From NCBI RefSeq assembly GCF_009914755.1, contig NC_060931.1: DNA of 64,000 nt, one strand, 5' to 3'. The stretch comes from the human T2T-CHM13v2.0 reference genome, Homo sapiens. The translations under genes and the position numbers were made by a program. Positions 43,493 to 56,150 of the stretch are shown here, piece by piece (position 1 is the stretch's first letter; every line of letters begins with the position of its first letter). The notes under the pieces were generated by a model that saw only the letters and a program-made list of their open reading frames with translations, searched no databases and was not told where the DNA came from.

Positions 43493-44326
43493 CATTTCTT
43501 GTAGTGCTGGTATGCTGGTGATGAACTCTTTCAGTTTTCGTACTTCAGAAAGACTCTATTTTGCCTAAATTTTTTAAAATGTATTTTCACCACATGGAGA
43601 ATTCTAGGTTGACAGTTTTGCTTTGTTTTCTTCAGAACTTTAAAGATGTTGTTCTATTGTCTTCTCTCATGCTGTCTCCAATAAGAAGTCTACCATCAAC
43701 TGTCTTTCTTTGTTTGAAATAGGTCTTCTCTGTCTACTTTTTTTTCTTTTCATCACTGGTTTTAAGAAATTTGATTTTGATGTGAATTTGAGTTTTCTTC
43801 ATGTTTCCTATGCCTGCAGTATGTTGAGCTTCTTGCATCTGTAGTTTTACAGTTAAATCAAATTTGTAAAAACAAAAAACAAAAAAAAACCTGGGTGATC
43901 CTTTTTCAAATACATTTTATGACTCCTCCTCTTCCTCCTTCGGGGACATCAGTTCCACATGTATTAGGGAGTTCCACTCTTGAGGGAGCCTGTAGCTCAT
44001 TGGTGATTTTCTTCAAAATTTTTGGATTCTTTTCCTTTCTATTTCATTTGGATAGTAGCTATTTTCTTCTGCAGTGTATGTCATGTCATTAATTTTATCC
44101 AGTATAGCTTCCATCTCAGACACTCTAGTTTTCATCTTCAGAAGTTCAATTTGAATCTTTTTTCCCTTTGTTGAGGTAACTGCCTGAAAGTTCAAAATTG
44201 GAATGACCCAGTTTGCTCCTTTTTTTTTTTTTTTTGTATTACTTGTTTGGTTTTTCTTTGTGCATTGTTGGTGTTACGTATTTTTCAAGTGTATGTTTTA
44301 CTCTAATCTGCCTGAGTCAGTTTTTG

Positions 44327-44805
44327 AGGAGCACATAGGAGGATGTGTGTGCCTCATATGTGCTGGTCTTGTGTGTGAGTCCCTGTTGTTGGACATGCAG
44401 GTGGCCCCTGTGAAGTAGGAGCATGTGAGATGCGTGTCCCTCAGATGTGCTCACGTTGTGTCTGGGAGTATGGCAGCAATGGAGCATGTCTTTTAAATGC
44501 TTTGGTCTCCATAGGGGCATTATATGCAGGAAAGAGCTACCTTTCCTTCTAATGGTTTATAGTGAGTCGTGGCTGCCAGATGTCCATGCATACTGAAGCC
44601 CACTGGTAGCCAGGATGGGTCATATTTAGACTGTAGGCTCAAGGTTGTATAATTGATGGCTGCAAGGGCCTGTTTCTGAGTCTCTGGTGTTGGAGATGCA
44701 GGTGACCCCCATGAAGTAGGACCACATGGGATGTGTGTCCCACATATAAACTTGTCATAAGTCTGAGGCCCTTGTGTTGGTGATGCAAGTGGCCCCTGTG
44801 ACGTG
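44327..44805. repeat. Degenerate 87-bp repeat, present as two dimers
   Basis: gatg(t/c)gtgt at 44342/44429/44730 and atgca(g/a)gtg at 44395/44696/44783; 87-bp spacing within each dimer. Confidence 0.7.
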
Positions 44806-45889
44806 CAGGCTTGGAAAATTACACACAGCTACAGTCCAAACATATCTTTCTCTATGAAGGTCTCTGGGGGAAGTTAAACAAACACAGAACATGTTTGCCT
44901 TAGTCTCGATAGTAGCTGATGGTTTATTTACCTCCTTAGCCATGGTTGATAGTCACAGATGTGAACAATATTTTTGACCTTTTCCCCATTTATTGGATAC
45001 TTGTTAGATTTACATTTGCTTTAATACCCATGTATATTTGGGAGACTGGCCACACCCCTTTGAATTGATGAGAAACACCTGCCAAGGCCCAGTCTCATTC
45101 CACCTTCACCTGTGGAGGGACAGGGCCCCTTCTCTGGATGTCAGTTTTCTTAACAGGAACATGAACTGGTTGAACTAAGCATACAGTTCCTTCATCCATT
45201 TCCAGAAGACTGTGGGGCAGCATGGAGGGGTTCACTGTGTGCCATCTGCAGAGGTAAGACAATCCTAGCTTGGCAGGTTATCAGCTGGGCTGCCTGGGGG
45301 TCATCCTGATCCCATTCCTCAAGTGGATGGGAGCACAGCCCCTTAGTTCTGGTCATAACTCCAAGACCCTTCTGGGAACATTTTTTTCCCAATGAGAGCA
45401 CCTCACATTGTTGTAAGTTCTCAGTCCCACAGTGACTGTTTCCTGGCGCATGCCAGAGATGCATTCAGATTTCAGATGGTACAGGCGGGTCCCTGATGGG
45501 GATCAGTGCAAGAGTAGACTGGTCAGTGTGGTGAGGTTAGACAACCCCCATGAGACATTCCCATTCCTTGGACTGGGCTTGAGGCTACCTGGATCTAAGT
45601 AATCCTGTGGGATATGCTGAGCCAACTGATGGCCTCTGAAAGTCTGTGCTGACCCCAAACATGGACACATCAGTAGACATTCTGATCCATGGGGACCCAA
45701 CACAGAGGAGTAGTTGAGCAATGATTTAATGAGTGTTTAAGTTAGGATCGCTTGCATTCATATAATTTGCTTTAAGGGAATATAAGACAAGTGTTGTGCC
45801 GGGTTTAAGAATCCTCCTACAGGCTGACACAGTACTGGGCCTCCTGGTCATAGATGACAAGGCGAACATTCATGGCTTTATGGTGCAGT

Positions 45890-46697
45890 TGTTACTCAAC
45901 TGAACCTAGCTTTGATTGCCCAGCACAGTAAAGCCAAAATATCTACATGGAGGGAGAAATATCTACAGCAGGAGAAAGAAGGGCCTTCATTTGCAGGGTG
46001 CCAAGCAAGGAGAATTGAGCAGCTCCCGCTTAAGACAGAACCTCTCCAATGGCTTGCAAGCAAGGTTTTTAAAGGCAGGGGTAAATTTCAGGAAAGCAGA
46101 AGTTACAGACAAAATCATAAATTGATACATGGTAGTTATACACTGGTTTGGCCTAAAAAGATGGGATATCTTGAATAGGGATATCTTGAATAGGACTCCT
46201 AGGTAGAGTCAAAGTCAAAGATTTTCTGATTTTTAATTGGTTAAAGAAGAGAAGTTTTGTTTAAAATGTCGAGGCAACAGAAAAGAATGTCAGCTCTGGC
46301 TTGTGGGTGTGACTTCCTTCAGGCCCTTAAGGAAGAAATTTAGGACAAAGATTGGCAGTCAGAGTTCAGTCCTCAGTTCTCCATTATTTGAGGTCTCCAG
46401 CATATCCATTTGGGGTCTAGGTTTCTAAAAAACAACTCAGGGACATATGTTAAGATGTTATCTTTATTTTCTATAGGGGACCAAACATCCTTTAACTTTT
46501 AACTATTGTTAAAGTAACTTTAACTTCCTTGGCTATTGTTTTAAGCTACTGTTATATTCTTGCTTATCAGGTTGCTCATTTACCTCTCAGGGCTAGCTGG
46601 GAGCCTGGAATTTCCCTTGAAGGAACTCAGGATTTTCCTTTATTTCCATGCTTGTGGGGTCCTGCATACCCCTAAGAGGGGTCCCTGCTCTATCTCA
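45890..46697 (-). mobile_element. ERV1-class solo LTR (LTR48/MER34-group-like), 808 bp
   Basis: TG...CA termini with a perfect 4-bp TSD cagt (45886-89 / 46698-701). The minus strand starts tgagatagagcagggacccctcttagggg. Subfamily name is tentative. Confidence 0.8.
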
Positions 46698-47381
46698 CAG
46701 TCTGACCATTTTGTTCAACCTTTAATTGCCAAAAGATGACATTATTATGGCTTGTGTTAGTGAGGTCATTATTTTTCATTTATTTTGTGTTTACTCTGGA
46801 TATTTCCAAAAGGGACTCATGGAAGCCAGCCCAGGAGACAGAGCTGTCCCTGTCAAGTCTCAGGTTCATGGAGCTGTGTATTCACTTCCATACTTCCTCA
46901 GCCCCTCCCAGCCTTTGCTCTCCTTGTGGATCCTTTCACTGGGCTTGATTCCGAGGCCAGGAATCACCAGGCAGCTGCAAGGACTGCACCCACGTCATCC
47001 TCATGTCTTGGTTTCTATGACTATAAAATGTGAAAAGGACACTGGAAAGTCTGTACATCCTTTGCTGCTCCCATACCCCAGTTCTGTGAGCTGCTAAAAA
47101 ACTGGCCACACTGGAGGCCTGAAGTGAATTCTCACCCGTAATGTAGCTCCAACAATTGTTAATGTCTGGTTAGTCTTGTTTGGTCTCTACCCTCTGCCTT
47201 CCCTCAAATCCTAGACATCATCTCGCTGCCTCCATAAATCCTTTAACTCTATCATCTGAGAACTTTTGACCTGGCACCACCACGATACCATTATCATACC
47301 CAACCAAACTGATGAAAGTTACATCATCTCTAAAACCCAGTCTGGGCTTGGTTCACCCTTGTGTCTCAAAAATGTCTTTTC

Positions 47382-47707
<326 letters not shown>

Positions 47708-47789
47708 TCTTTTCATCCTGGCTGATTTGTTCCAACCAGGATACAAATGAGATGGACATATGTCTTGATTGTCTTGCGAGATTTTAATA

Positions 47790-48215
47790 TTTGGAGGTGA
47801 CTGAACAATGACACAGACAGTCCCGTGCCATTGAGGGAAGTTTATTACTCACAGCCTGTAGACCAGAGGGCATGCATGCCATGCCAAACAGGGCCACACA
47901 GTGAGCACCCAGGTCATCAGCAGGCAGAAGGAGGAAGGAGACAGTGTGGCCTTGAGCCTTCATTGTGGTTTCAGGGTAAGGAAGGGGTGGGGCAGGTTAA
48001 GCAGCTTATCAGGTTTAGGATTAGATAGTTTGAATAATGTGCATGGGCTCAGGGCTATAGGAGTGGGCCCTGGTTTGTACCTGGCCAGGGGGTGATTTAG
48101 GGCAGGTAGGTGAGAATTAGATTAGACAAAGGGTGGTCAGGGGATGGACTGGGGATGGGTTGGTTTGCATGTGAAAGTATTTACTGTTTCTAGGAATTAG
48201 CTAGTCTTGGGATTT
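47790..48215. mobile_element. ERVL-type LTR fragment (MER76-like)
   Basis: Words gtttattactcacag, ccttcattgtggtttc, ttaggattagatagtttgaataat. Name is tentative. Confidence 0.55.
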
Positions 48216-51200
48216 CCCTTTTAGTCTTTAACAGTGCCCCTCCCATTTTGGCCCCCCATCCTCTGTGACATTTTTTTATGTGCTCCTCCTGCCCACTTGT
48301 TGGCTTCTATGAACTGGTAGATCTTCAGGAGACTTAGTAGTTTCTTGGATCTGCTTTTGTTGTTGTTGTTGTTGTTTTAATAACCCTTCCCTGGGTGGCT
48401 GTGCACTTCTCGTTGCTTCTCTCTAGCAGGCAGGTGCTGGCTCCTTTTCTTCTTGCCAGGTTGAGGTTGATGGTGGAGCGGTTATCAGTGAGACCCGTCC
48501 ATCAATGGTCTCCCATCCACATTGCACCCAATGGTTTTATAGCAGCTGCCTTGCAAGCATGGCTGACATTTTGTGTTGCATTTGACTTTGCAAGGTGGAG
48601 GTTTTTAATTCCCTAATTTCTTCAGCATTATTAGCTCATGATTTTTTCTAAAAAAGAATACTTATTCAGCTATTTGGTTATTCTCAAAAATAGTAAATGT
48701 TCAATTCTTTTTACTTATCAGTTTTCAAAATAATAATCAGCACCCCGTTATGAAGTCATGGATTTTTAAAAATTTGATGTGTTTTGATCGATTGCCGTCT
48801 TTTTTATTTTTGGTGTTAAATTTCCTATTTTGGCAAGTGGGAGCCTGTTCAGGTTACTTTCTGTTTTCTGTCTTTTTTTTTTTTTTTTTTAAGGTCAGTC
48901 ACCTCTGAGCAGCATCTTCAGACTAATCATTTTTCTAGAAGGCCTGGTTTCTTTCAGTGGGAAATGGTTTTTCAACACCATAATCTGGGTTGTAATTGGT
49001 CCGAGGCTTTTTAGGGCATTGAGATAGGATTTTTTTTTAGGAAAATAAAAATAAATTATGAGTTTATATTGATATTTCCAATTCACTTCACTCCTTGGAT
49101 TTTTATATTTGTATCTTTTTGGTGATGCTGAAAATTCTAATGACAGTAATATTATTTATTTCATCTTTCCATATATAGTAGGCTCAAAATAACATTGCCA
49201 ATATTATTTTCAACAATAAGTCTGCTGAATGCAATTGGAGATTTCTTTGTGGTTATTTTTGTCCTTGCATTATATTCTACCAGACATACAGTCAAATATG
49301 CATTTTCTCATCGCTCGAAATAATTCTTCTCTCTGTGGTCATGCTGGTAACAGGTTTATTTCATTTTGGTTTTGATCTTTTAGGTATAACTGTTTTTAAT
49401 TTTTCTTTTTAGGCACATAAAATAATTGCATGGTTCAGTTCCACAGTAAAAAACCGAAGTCGAGGTACATGGAGAGACCCCTCCCTTGCTCACTGTTCCT
49501 CCCGTGCGTGTAGTTAGATGTTTGTGCTGGGTTTCCCCTTGCCCCTCCATGGTTCCTTTTGGTTTCTTTTTGATGCTGGTAGTGCATGCACTGTGAAACT
49601 GTTCCTGGAGAGTGCTTCCCAACAGGGCACGCTGATTCCTCAGTCCTCCCCTGAGGCAGGGAGGCTTCCGGGGACCTGATTTGATCCTGTTGATGAACAG
49701 GTGTCTGCAGAGTTCTTGTGTTTCAGCTCTTCTGCGCTATCTCTGTAGCAGGAAGCTTCCTCTAGGGTTTTCTAAAATTTCTTATTTCGTTCTTCCACTG
49801 ATAGCCAAACACTCCAGTCTTACAAAGTTAATTGGACTTGGCCAGTTTGGGTTTTGGATGCAGTCACTTTCGGGCAAAAACTGGATTGATTCAGGCTTTT
49901 CATCCTCTCCTTCTCCCAGGTATCTGTTTTCTTAGAATTGGGATGCAGTGTGCGAGTCCATGGCCTCTCTGGACTCTACTGTTTTAGAGCTGGCCCTAGA
50001 GCGGCCTGGGCATGTCAGAGCTCTGGAATTGGCAGTGGATCTTCCTGAGCCACTGACTCTCTGCTTTCTTCTAGACGTTACCTCTGTGCCCTTCTGGGAC
50101 GGGTCCTGGGGCTGGGCAGGGTCAGAGTGCACTGGCCTATGTGAGCCCTTTTTGTTCTAGACCCTTCTCTGTGGCTGCCTGCTCAGTCAAGGCCATGATG
50201 GGCCCAGACTGTCTGCAAGCTGGCCGCAGCTCTTTAGGCCATACCTGGAGCAAATCAGGAGACTTTCCTATCTGGATTCTCCTGCAGTGGCTCTGTTATA
50301 CTGAGAAGCTTCTGTTGTCATGTCACCTGCCTGTAGTCCTGTCCCTTTCAAGCCTGGGAGGGAGGGGGCAGCTCTTGTCCCTTAGGGCTGAACATGCCTC
50401 TGAGCCCCTGCCAACCCTCCATCTCATCTTCTTCTTTCTTCTTTTGGAGGAGACACAACACTTCCTGTGGTGCTTTATTGCAGTGGACTCTAGGTGCTGA
50501 CTTTCCATATTTATACAAAAGAGTCTAAAATCAGAAACACTAAAACCAATTAGAAATACCTTTTTTGATCTCTTAAGCTTGCTAACAAAAGCCAGGGCCT
50601 CTGAGATTAAAGACAAAATAAAGCAATATATTCAACATTTGTCCTAAGCTGTCTCCACTAGTGCCAGCGTGGTGGAGGTGGGTGGGAAAGGGATGCCATG
50701 AGGGCCCAGGAGGGTTCTCAGCTTTGCATCTCAGAACAGTTTCCAGAGACTCATGTGTGATGCTGAGTGAGCTGGATATGTGCACACATGTGTGTATGGT
50801 ATGAGTTGCCCAGGTTCTAGGAGAGGATTGCTGTTCTAAAGACAAGTGTTCTGGACAATTTCTTTAGAATACACAAGCCCTCATCTGCTTGTAAGGCCTT
50901 GCCACATGACCATGTGCATGTGGATAGCCTGTGCTAGATGGCTTTGCCCTTGGTCCTCATGCAGAGATAGGTTCTCCCCACTCACAGCTCGCCCACACCA
51001 TGCAGTGACGGTCACACTTGAGGCTCCGTGGGCATCTCTTTAGCCTTCATTCCCGTGTGCTATTTATGCCTCCTTTTACATAGGACTCCTGTAGGGATGG
51101 TAATTGAAGATTCCACCCCAGCCAGCCCCACAACAATGTCCTTTTCTGCGGTGGCCATGCCAAGTCTTGGTGTCAAATAGGATAGTTGGGTTGACAGGGT

Positions 51201-53236
51201 GGGCTGTTTGGAGCAGCTGTACTGACAGGCCCCACCTTTGCCTTTTACCCTGGAGGCCCTGCTACCATCAGATCTGACTGGCCTGTTCACTCATGCACAC
51301 TCATCCCTTCAGCAGCCTTGTCCTGCACACCTGTCCCACTCCAGGGATAGGCTTATTCTGGACTCACAGAGATGACCAGGAGGCCCTGGTAACCACGGGA
51401 CCCTGGAAAGATGCTGGGAACACAGCTCAGAGCTGAGGTGGGGGCAGGGACACTAGCAGTTGCCCACAATCCCTGAGTCCACTCACGCACATGAGATGCA
51501 GGGATGATCAGGGACCCACATCACCCTCAAAGTCCTTGACGTCCAGAGCACAGGTCCTTAGAGTTGGGGATTGGTGACCCTCCCAAAACCATGTGCAAGA
51601 AGAGTTCCAGCAGCCAGTGGGCATTGTGGCTCTTGTGGGCTCCCAGAGGGGTCTTGAGCCCTCATTTGGGCCTCTGAGAAGAAATCCTGATGTGTCAGGG
51701 CTATCATCACAGGTTGTGAGTGCTCACGGGGTTTCTAATCTCAGGGAGGGGGTGGGAGGTGGCAAGGGCTGGGTGGAGGAAGCCTGAGTATGAGGTGTGG
51801 CCGCTTCCCCTTCCTGGCAAGCCCTGTGCATTCAGGCCTGTGTCTGACCGTTGGGGACATTTGGGGGATGTTTGGAAGCAGGCCTGAATGCACAGAGCAC
51901 ACCAGGGCAGTGCCAATGGGGACAGGGTAGTGTCCCAGGAGAGAGCCCAGAGCTGACTGTGGGCCTGGAGGCTCTGGTGAGTATGGCTTGAGAAGGCTGT
52001 CCGGTCGCATCCCTGGTGAGTCCCTGAGGGGTCCTGCCTTCAGTTTTGCAGGACAGAGACTGGCGCTGGCAGCCCACGCTGGAGTCCAGTGAATGGTCAT
52101 TCAAGCTGGGCCCTGAGGGGCTGGCACTGGAACCAGGCAGCAACCATGTGTCCAGGTCACTTTTGTGGCCTCTTGGCTGTACCTTCCCTGGGACAGGACA
52201 CGGTCCTTTCTGTGAGCACTGACTGTGGTTCCAGGCCATGTCATTGCTGCAGTGACAGTAACCATGGTGCCAGCCACTGCACAGAGACCCTTGCCCAGAT
52301 CATCACTGGTCCTCCAAGCAGGCATATCCTGACCCCTTTGAAACATTTGGACACCTGGGAAACAGCACTGTGGGGCCAAGCAGCCTGCCCTTGGGTGGAG
52401 TGGACCTACCTACCCAGCTCTGAACTCATGCTCCCGGGCCCCTGCCACAGGCTCATGTCAGCTGCAGCTCAGCCTGCTGGGGGATGAGGGCAGGTGGGAA
52501 GGCCCCCTTCTGCAGATGAGGAGGCCAGGGTTCTAAGGGCTAAGTAGTTGTCACAGTCATGCAGAGATGGAAGGGACCCTAAGTGGCCAGACCCTGGATG
52601 TCTTTGTACTGTCACCAGCCTCTCTGTGACCAGCTCCCTGTCAGCAGGAGGAGCCTGCCGGGCCCTCACAGAGCAGACTTGGACCCTGGGCTTTACAAGG
52701 CTGGCCTCAGTGTCCATCTCACAGACTGAAATCTCTGATCACCTCCTCCCCTTTTCTCCCGTCCATGGTCTTGGAGTGCTGAGGGAGGCTCAGTGGTGGA
52801 AGGAGCTGGGCAGAGAGCCAACTGTATGCCCAACAGCGCCCCCTCCTCTGATGCTGGGCGGTGGCCAGGGCCATCTCTCAAGGTCCCTGCAACGCCAGGC
52901 CTGAGGGCAGCTCAGGACAACAGCAGGGTCATCAGCTGTCTGCTCAGCTCTGGGAAGATACTTCCATGGACAGGCCATTCAGCTGCTAGGCCAATCCCTG
53001 CTCAGCCTGGGAACTGGGGCTCCCAGCGGTCGGTGTGGCCTGTCCCTGTCCTGACTCACTCTGTGCTGGCCATGGTTCCTTTTCTCTAAGAATGTGGGGC
53101 ACAGATGAGCACAGGGGTCATGAGAGCTGATGATTCTCATTCCAAATGCACTTGTGTTAACTCAGCATTCGACAGGACCTGCAGGGCCCCAGTCATTTGT
53201 AAGAAACCAAAGGATCACATTAAATATAAGCCACCG

Positions 53237-53703
53237 ATGTGTTCTCAGAGTGGCTGAAGGAGTTCTGTGGCCTTATAAGACCATTTCAGGGGACTTGTGA
53301 GGTCCTTCCTCATCCAGCACTGTGCTTGTGTGAGGCTGGTTCCTTCACGGGCATCTGCAGAGATAGCACAGCACGAAGGCTGGATGCAGAAGTGGGTCAC
53401 AGAATCCACTGTCTGCCCTGGAGATGACGGCACCACAGAGGCTCACAGAAGTGGACTGCAATACTGTGCTTCTCACTCATTGTCTTTTGTTTGGGGAAAT
53501 GTCGTGATTTTTCATAAAATGTTATTTATGTTAACATGCAGTGGATTCATTATTATTTTAAATGCATTTGTACATGAAAAAATTCTTATTGTTAAATATC
53601 AGTAGCTATAACCCACCTACACAAAAAGTTTTAGTTTTTAGTGAGTCCTTAGTGATTTCAAGACATAAAGGGGTCCTGAAATGGAAATGTTTTAGAGCTG
53701 CTG
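53237..53703. mobile_element. hAT-Charlie (Charlie1-like) internally deleted relic
   Basis: Words gaccatttcagggg...gtgaggtc, ataaaatgttatttatgttaacatg, taaaggggtcctga. Confidence 0.55.
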
Positions 53704-54427
53704 TTTTAATGTTGTCCCTGAAATAAACACAACAGTCGTGATGATAATCCCAGTTGACACTGATTGATCCAAGTAAGACAATACAGGGTCTTAGAGTTAA
53801 CTCTCTCCACCTTCCATGTGCCCTGCGAGGCTGGTGCTGCTGTTCCTATTCATACCACTGTACAGACGAGCAGATGGACATTCAGCTTTGGCCAGTGCCT
53901 TCTGCCTCCTGGGAGTGTGCCCTGTGGGTGGGGAGGTCAGAAGCCCCAGGGACACCCAGATGGGTGAGAGGTCCACCCTTCCTGGGGAGAAGCAGCTGCT
54001 GGGGGGAATCTAGCACATTCCAGAGGGCTGTCCGTGATGGTCTGCATGGCGGTTAAGGGAGGTGCCGTGGGAATAAAGGGAGTTGGGGAAGATGCCCCAT
54101 GGAGATGGCATTCCAGCCGGACCTTGAATGATCATCCTGTAGGGTTGGCTCAGTGAAGCAGACAGGAGGGATGGACCCCCGAAGGGGAAAGAGGCCATGA
54201 GCGAGGTATGGGGAAAGGGAGAAGGAGATCAATGTGAGCCTGGTCCCAGCCCTCAAGACTGTGCTGACCACGCAAGGGTGTGGCCTGGGCGGGAAGGTGG
54301 TGGCCCAGGTGCAGCATGTCTTGCCAGCGCTCTGTGGCCACCAGTGTCTAGAGGTGGTGGAGCCAGCAGTGGCGCTCACAGCCTCTGTAGCGCTGTCTCT
54401 TACCATGTGCCTTGCCCTTCCCTGAAG

Positions 54428-54555
54428 GAGAACCACTGTCGCCGCATCAAGATTCTCGGGGACTGCTACTACTGCGTGTCGGGCCTCACCCAGCCCAAGA
54501 CTGACCATGCCCACTGCTGTGTGGAGATGGGACTCGACATGATTGATACCATCAC
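54428..54555 (+). CDS. ADCY1: ADCY1 coding exon (probably exon 5), 128 nt: [42 protein letters not shown](T)
   Basis: Acceptor ttgcccttccctgaAG (54426-27) and donor CAC|GTaagt. Contains the KILGDCY motif with the second metal-binding Asp. Also visible at the end of track ORF 54197..54559. Confidence 0.97.
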
Positions 54556-55840
54556 GTAAGTACCCCGTGGGGCTGAGAGGAGTGGCCTGGGGCATCTACA
54601 CATTGAAATCCTAGAAGCTGAGCCACCTTCTGCCCCATGTGGGCTCCCCTCTCAGGGTCTCGCTTTGTCCTGATGGGTCTGTCTGAGGCTGCAGAGAATG
54701 ATGCCAGCATTAGGAGGATGCTGGGTTCAGGAAAGCATGAAAGGATGCTTCCGTGATTCCCTGCCTTTACATTTCGTGTGTGGCTGTATTTCTTTGTCCA
54801 CAGGAATCCTGCATATTGTCAGGTATGCATGAGTCATACAAAAATAAATTAGTCTTTAGCTTAGCCAGATAAGACATACAGAAAGGTTTGGCCCCAATCT
54901 AGCTGAATTCTCTATTAAAAGGAAGTAAATATGTGTGTTTCTCTTCACTCAGCAAGGTAACTGGGTCTCAGATGCTCTCTGTGTGGGGAGACAGGCTTGG
55001 GATCGGGGCAGGTGAGTCTTCATGGAATGAATATTACACCTGTGAGGCCAGGCCTGCCCATTTCTTGGTCAGTCTTATGTTGTCATTGTCCTTATCAGAG
55101 ACTGGGATGAAGACACAGATGTTTTTGTCAAGTTAGGGAAGGTGTGGAGCTGGAAGGCTGAGCTAATGTATGGAGTGTAGATCCAAACAAACATCTCAAA
55201 ATGTGGAGAGGTGGGTATGCTCCAATGAGATGGGGCCAACAGGGATTGGGGCATAGCTTCATACCTGGAGCGGAAAAGTAGTAGCATAAGAATTTTGTAG
55301 GGAGATGATGGGTAGTTGCAGGTGAAAGGATGCACAGGCAAACACCCCACCCAGCTAGGCTGAGAGATGGGGCGAGACTGCTGGCTCCCTTTGCCCCATC
55401 ACTGCCTCGTGGGCTGCCCCATGCAGTGCTCCTGCAGACAGTGTGACTGGAAGGAGGCGGTTGGGAGGAGGCTGGTACCTCAAGCATTGTGCCCACTTCT
55501 GGCACCTGTGTGTCGGACACATGAGCAAAGCCGAGCCCTGTGGGGCAGCGGTTCACCAACACGGCTTCATGTCAGAGTTGCCTGTGAAAACCAAAGTCCC
55601 TGATGGTAGCTCCACCTCAAGAGCCCGAGGTGGCTGGTCTGGAGTGTGATCTAGGACTGAGAGTGGAAAAGCCCCCTCAGCTGACCTCAGTACACAGCCT
55701 AACAGAGAGCCATTGCCCCAGAGAAAAGCAGCCTGGCTGGAGGAGATGCTGGGCAGAAGCAGGAAGGAAGGAAAGATGCCTGGCGTGGAGAAGACTTAGA
55801 AGTGATGACCATCACCTGTTCTCTGAAAGGATGGGATGTT

Positions 55841-56150
55841 ATCACAGCATATCATATATATTGTATGTTGCATCTCAGATGACATCATACATCACCTTAC
55901 ATCATGTATCACTTGTATATCATATGTCATATGTTACATGCCACATCATGTTTCATGTAATATATATCACATATATCACATATCACATAATCTACCATAT
56001 AACATATCACATATTATATATCACACGTCATATAACTGTCTTTCGTATTTCTTAATGGATCACATCATATCACATTATGTCATAAATGACATTATATCAC
56101 ATCACATATCATATGCTATTTGTGTGTATATAGATAATATATCATATCAG
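55841..56150. repeat. Degenerate (ATCAY/CATAT)n simple repeat
   Basis: About 310 nt of atcac, atcat and atat words. Confidence 0.9.

Noticed and set aside
44327-44805. CRISPR-like repeat-spacer array (also considered for 1020-1310 and the VNTR)
   Set aside because: These are degenerate tandem repeats without identical repeats and unique spacers; the context is a human intron with no cas genes.
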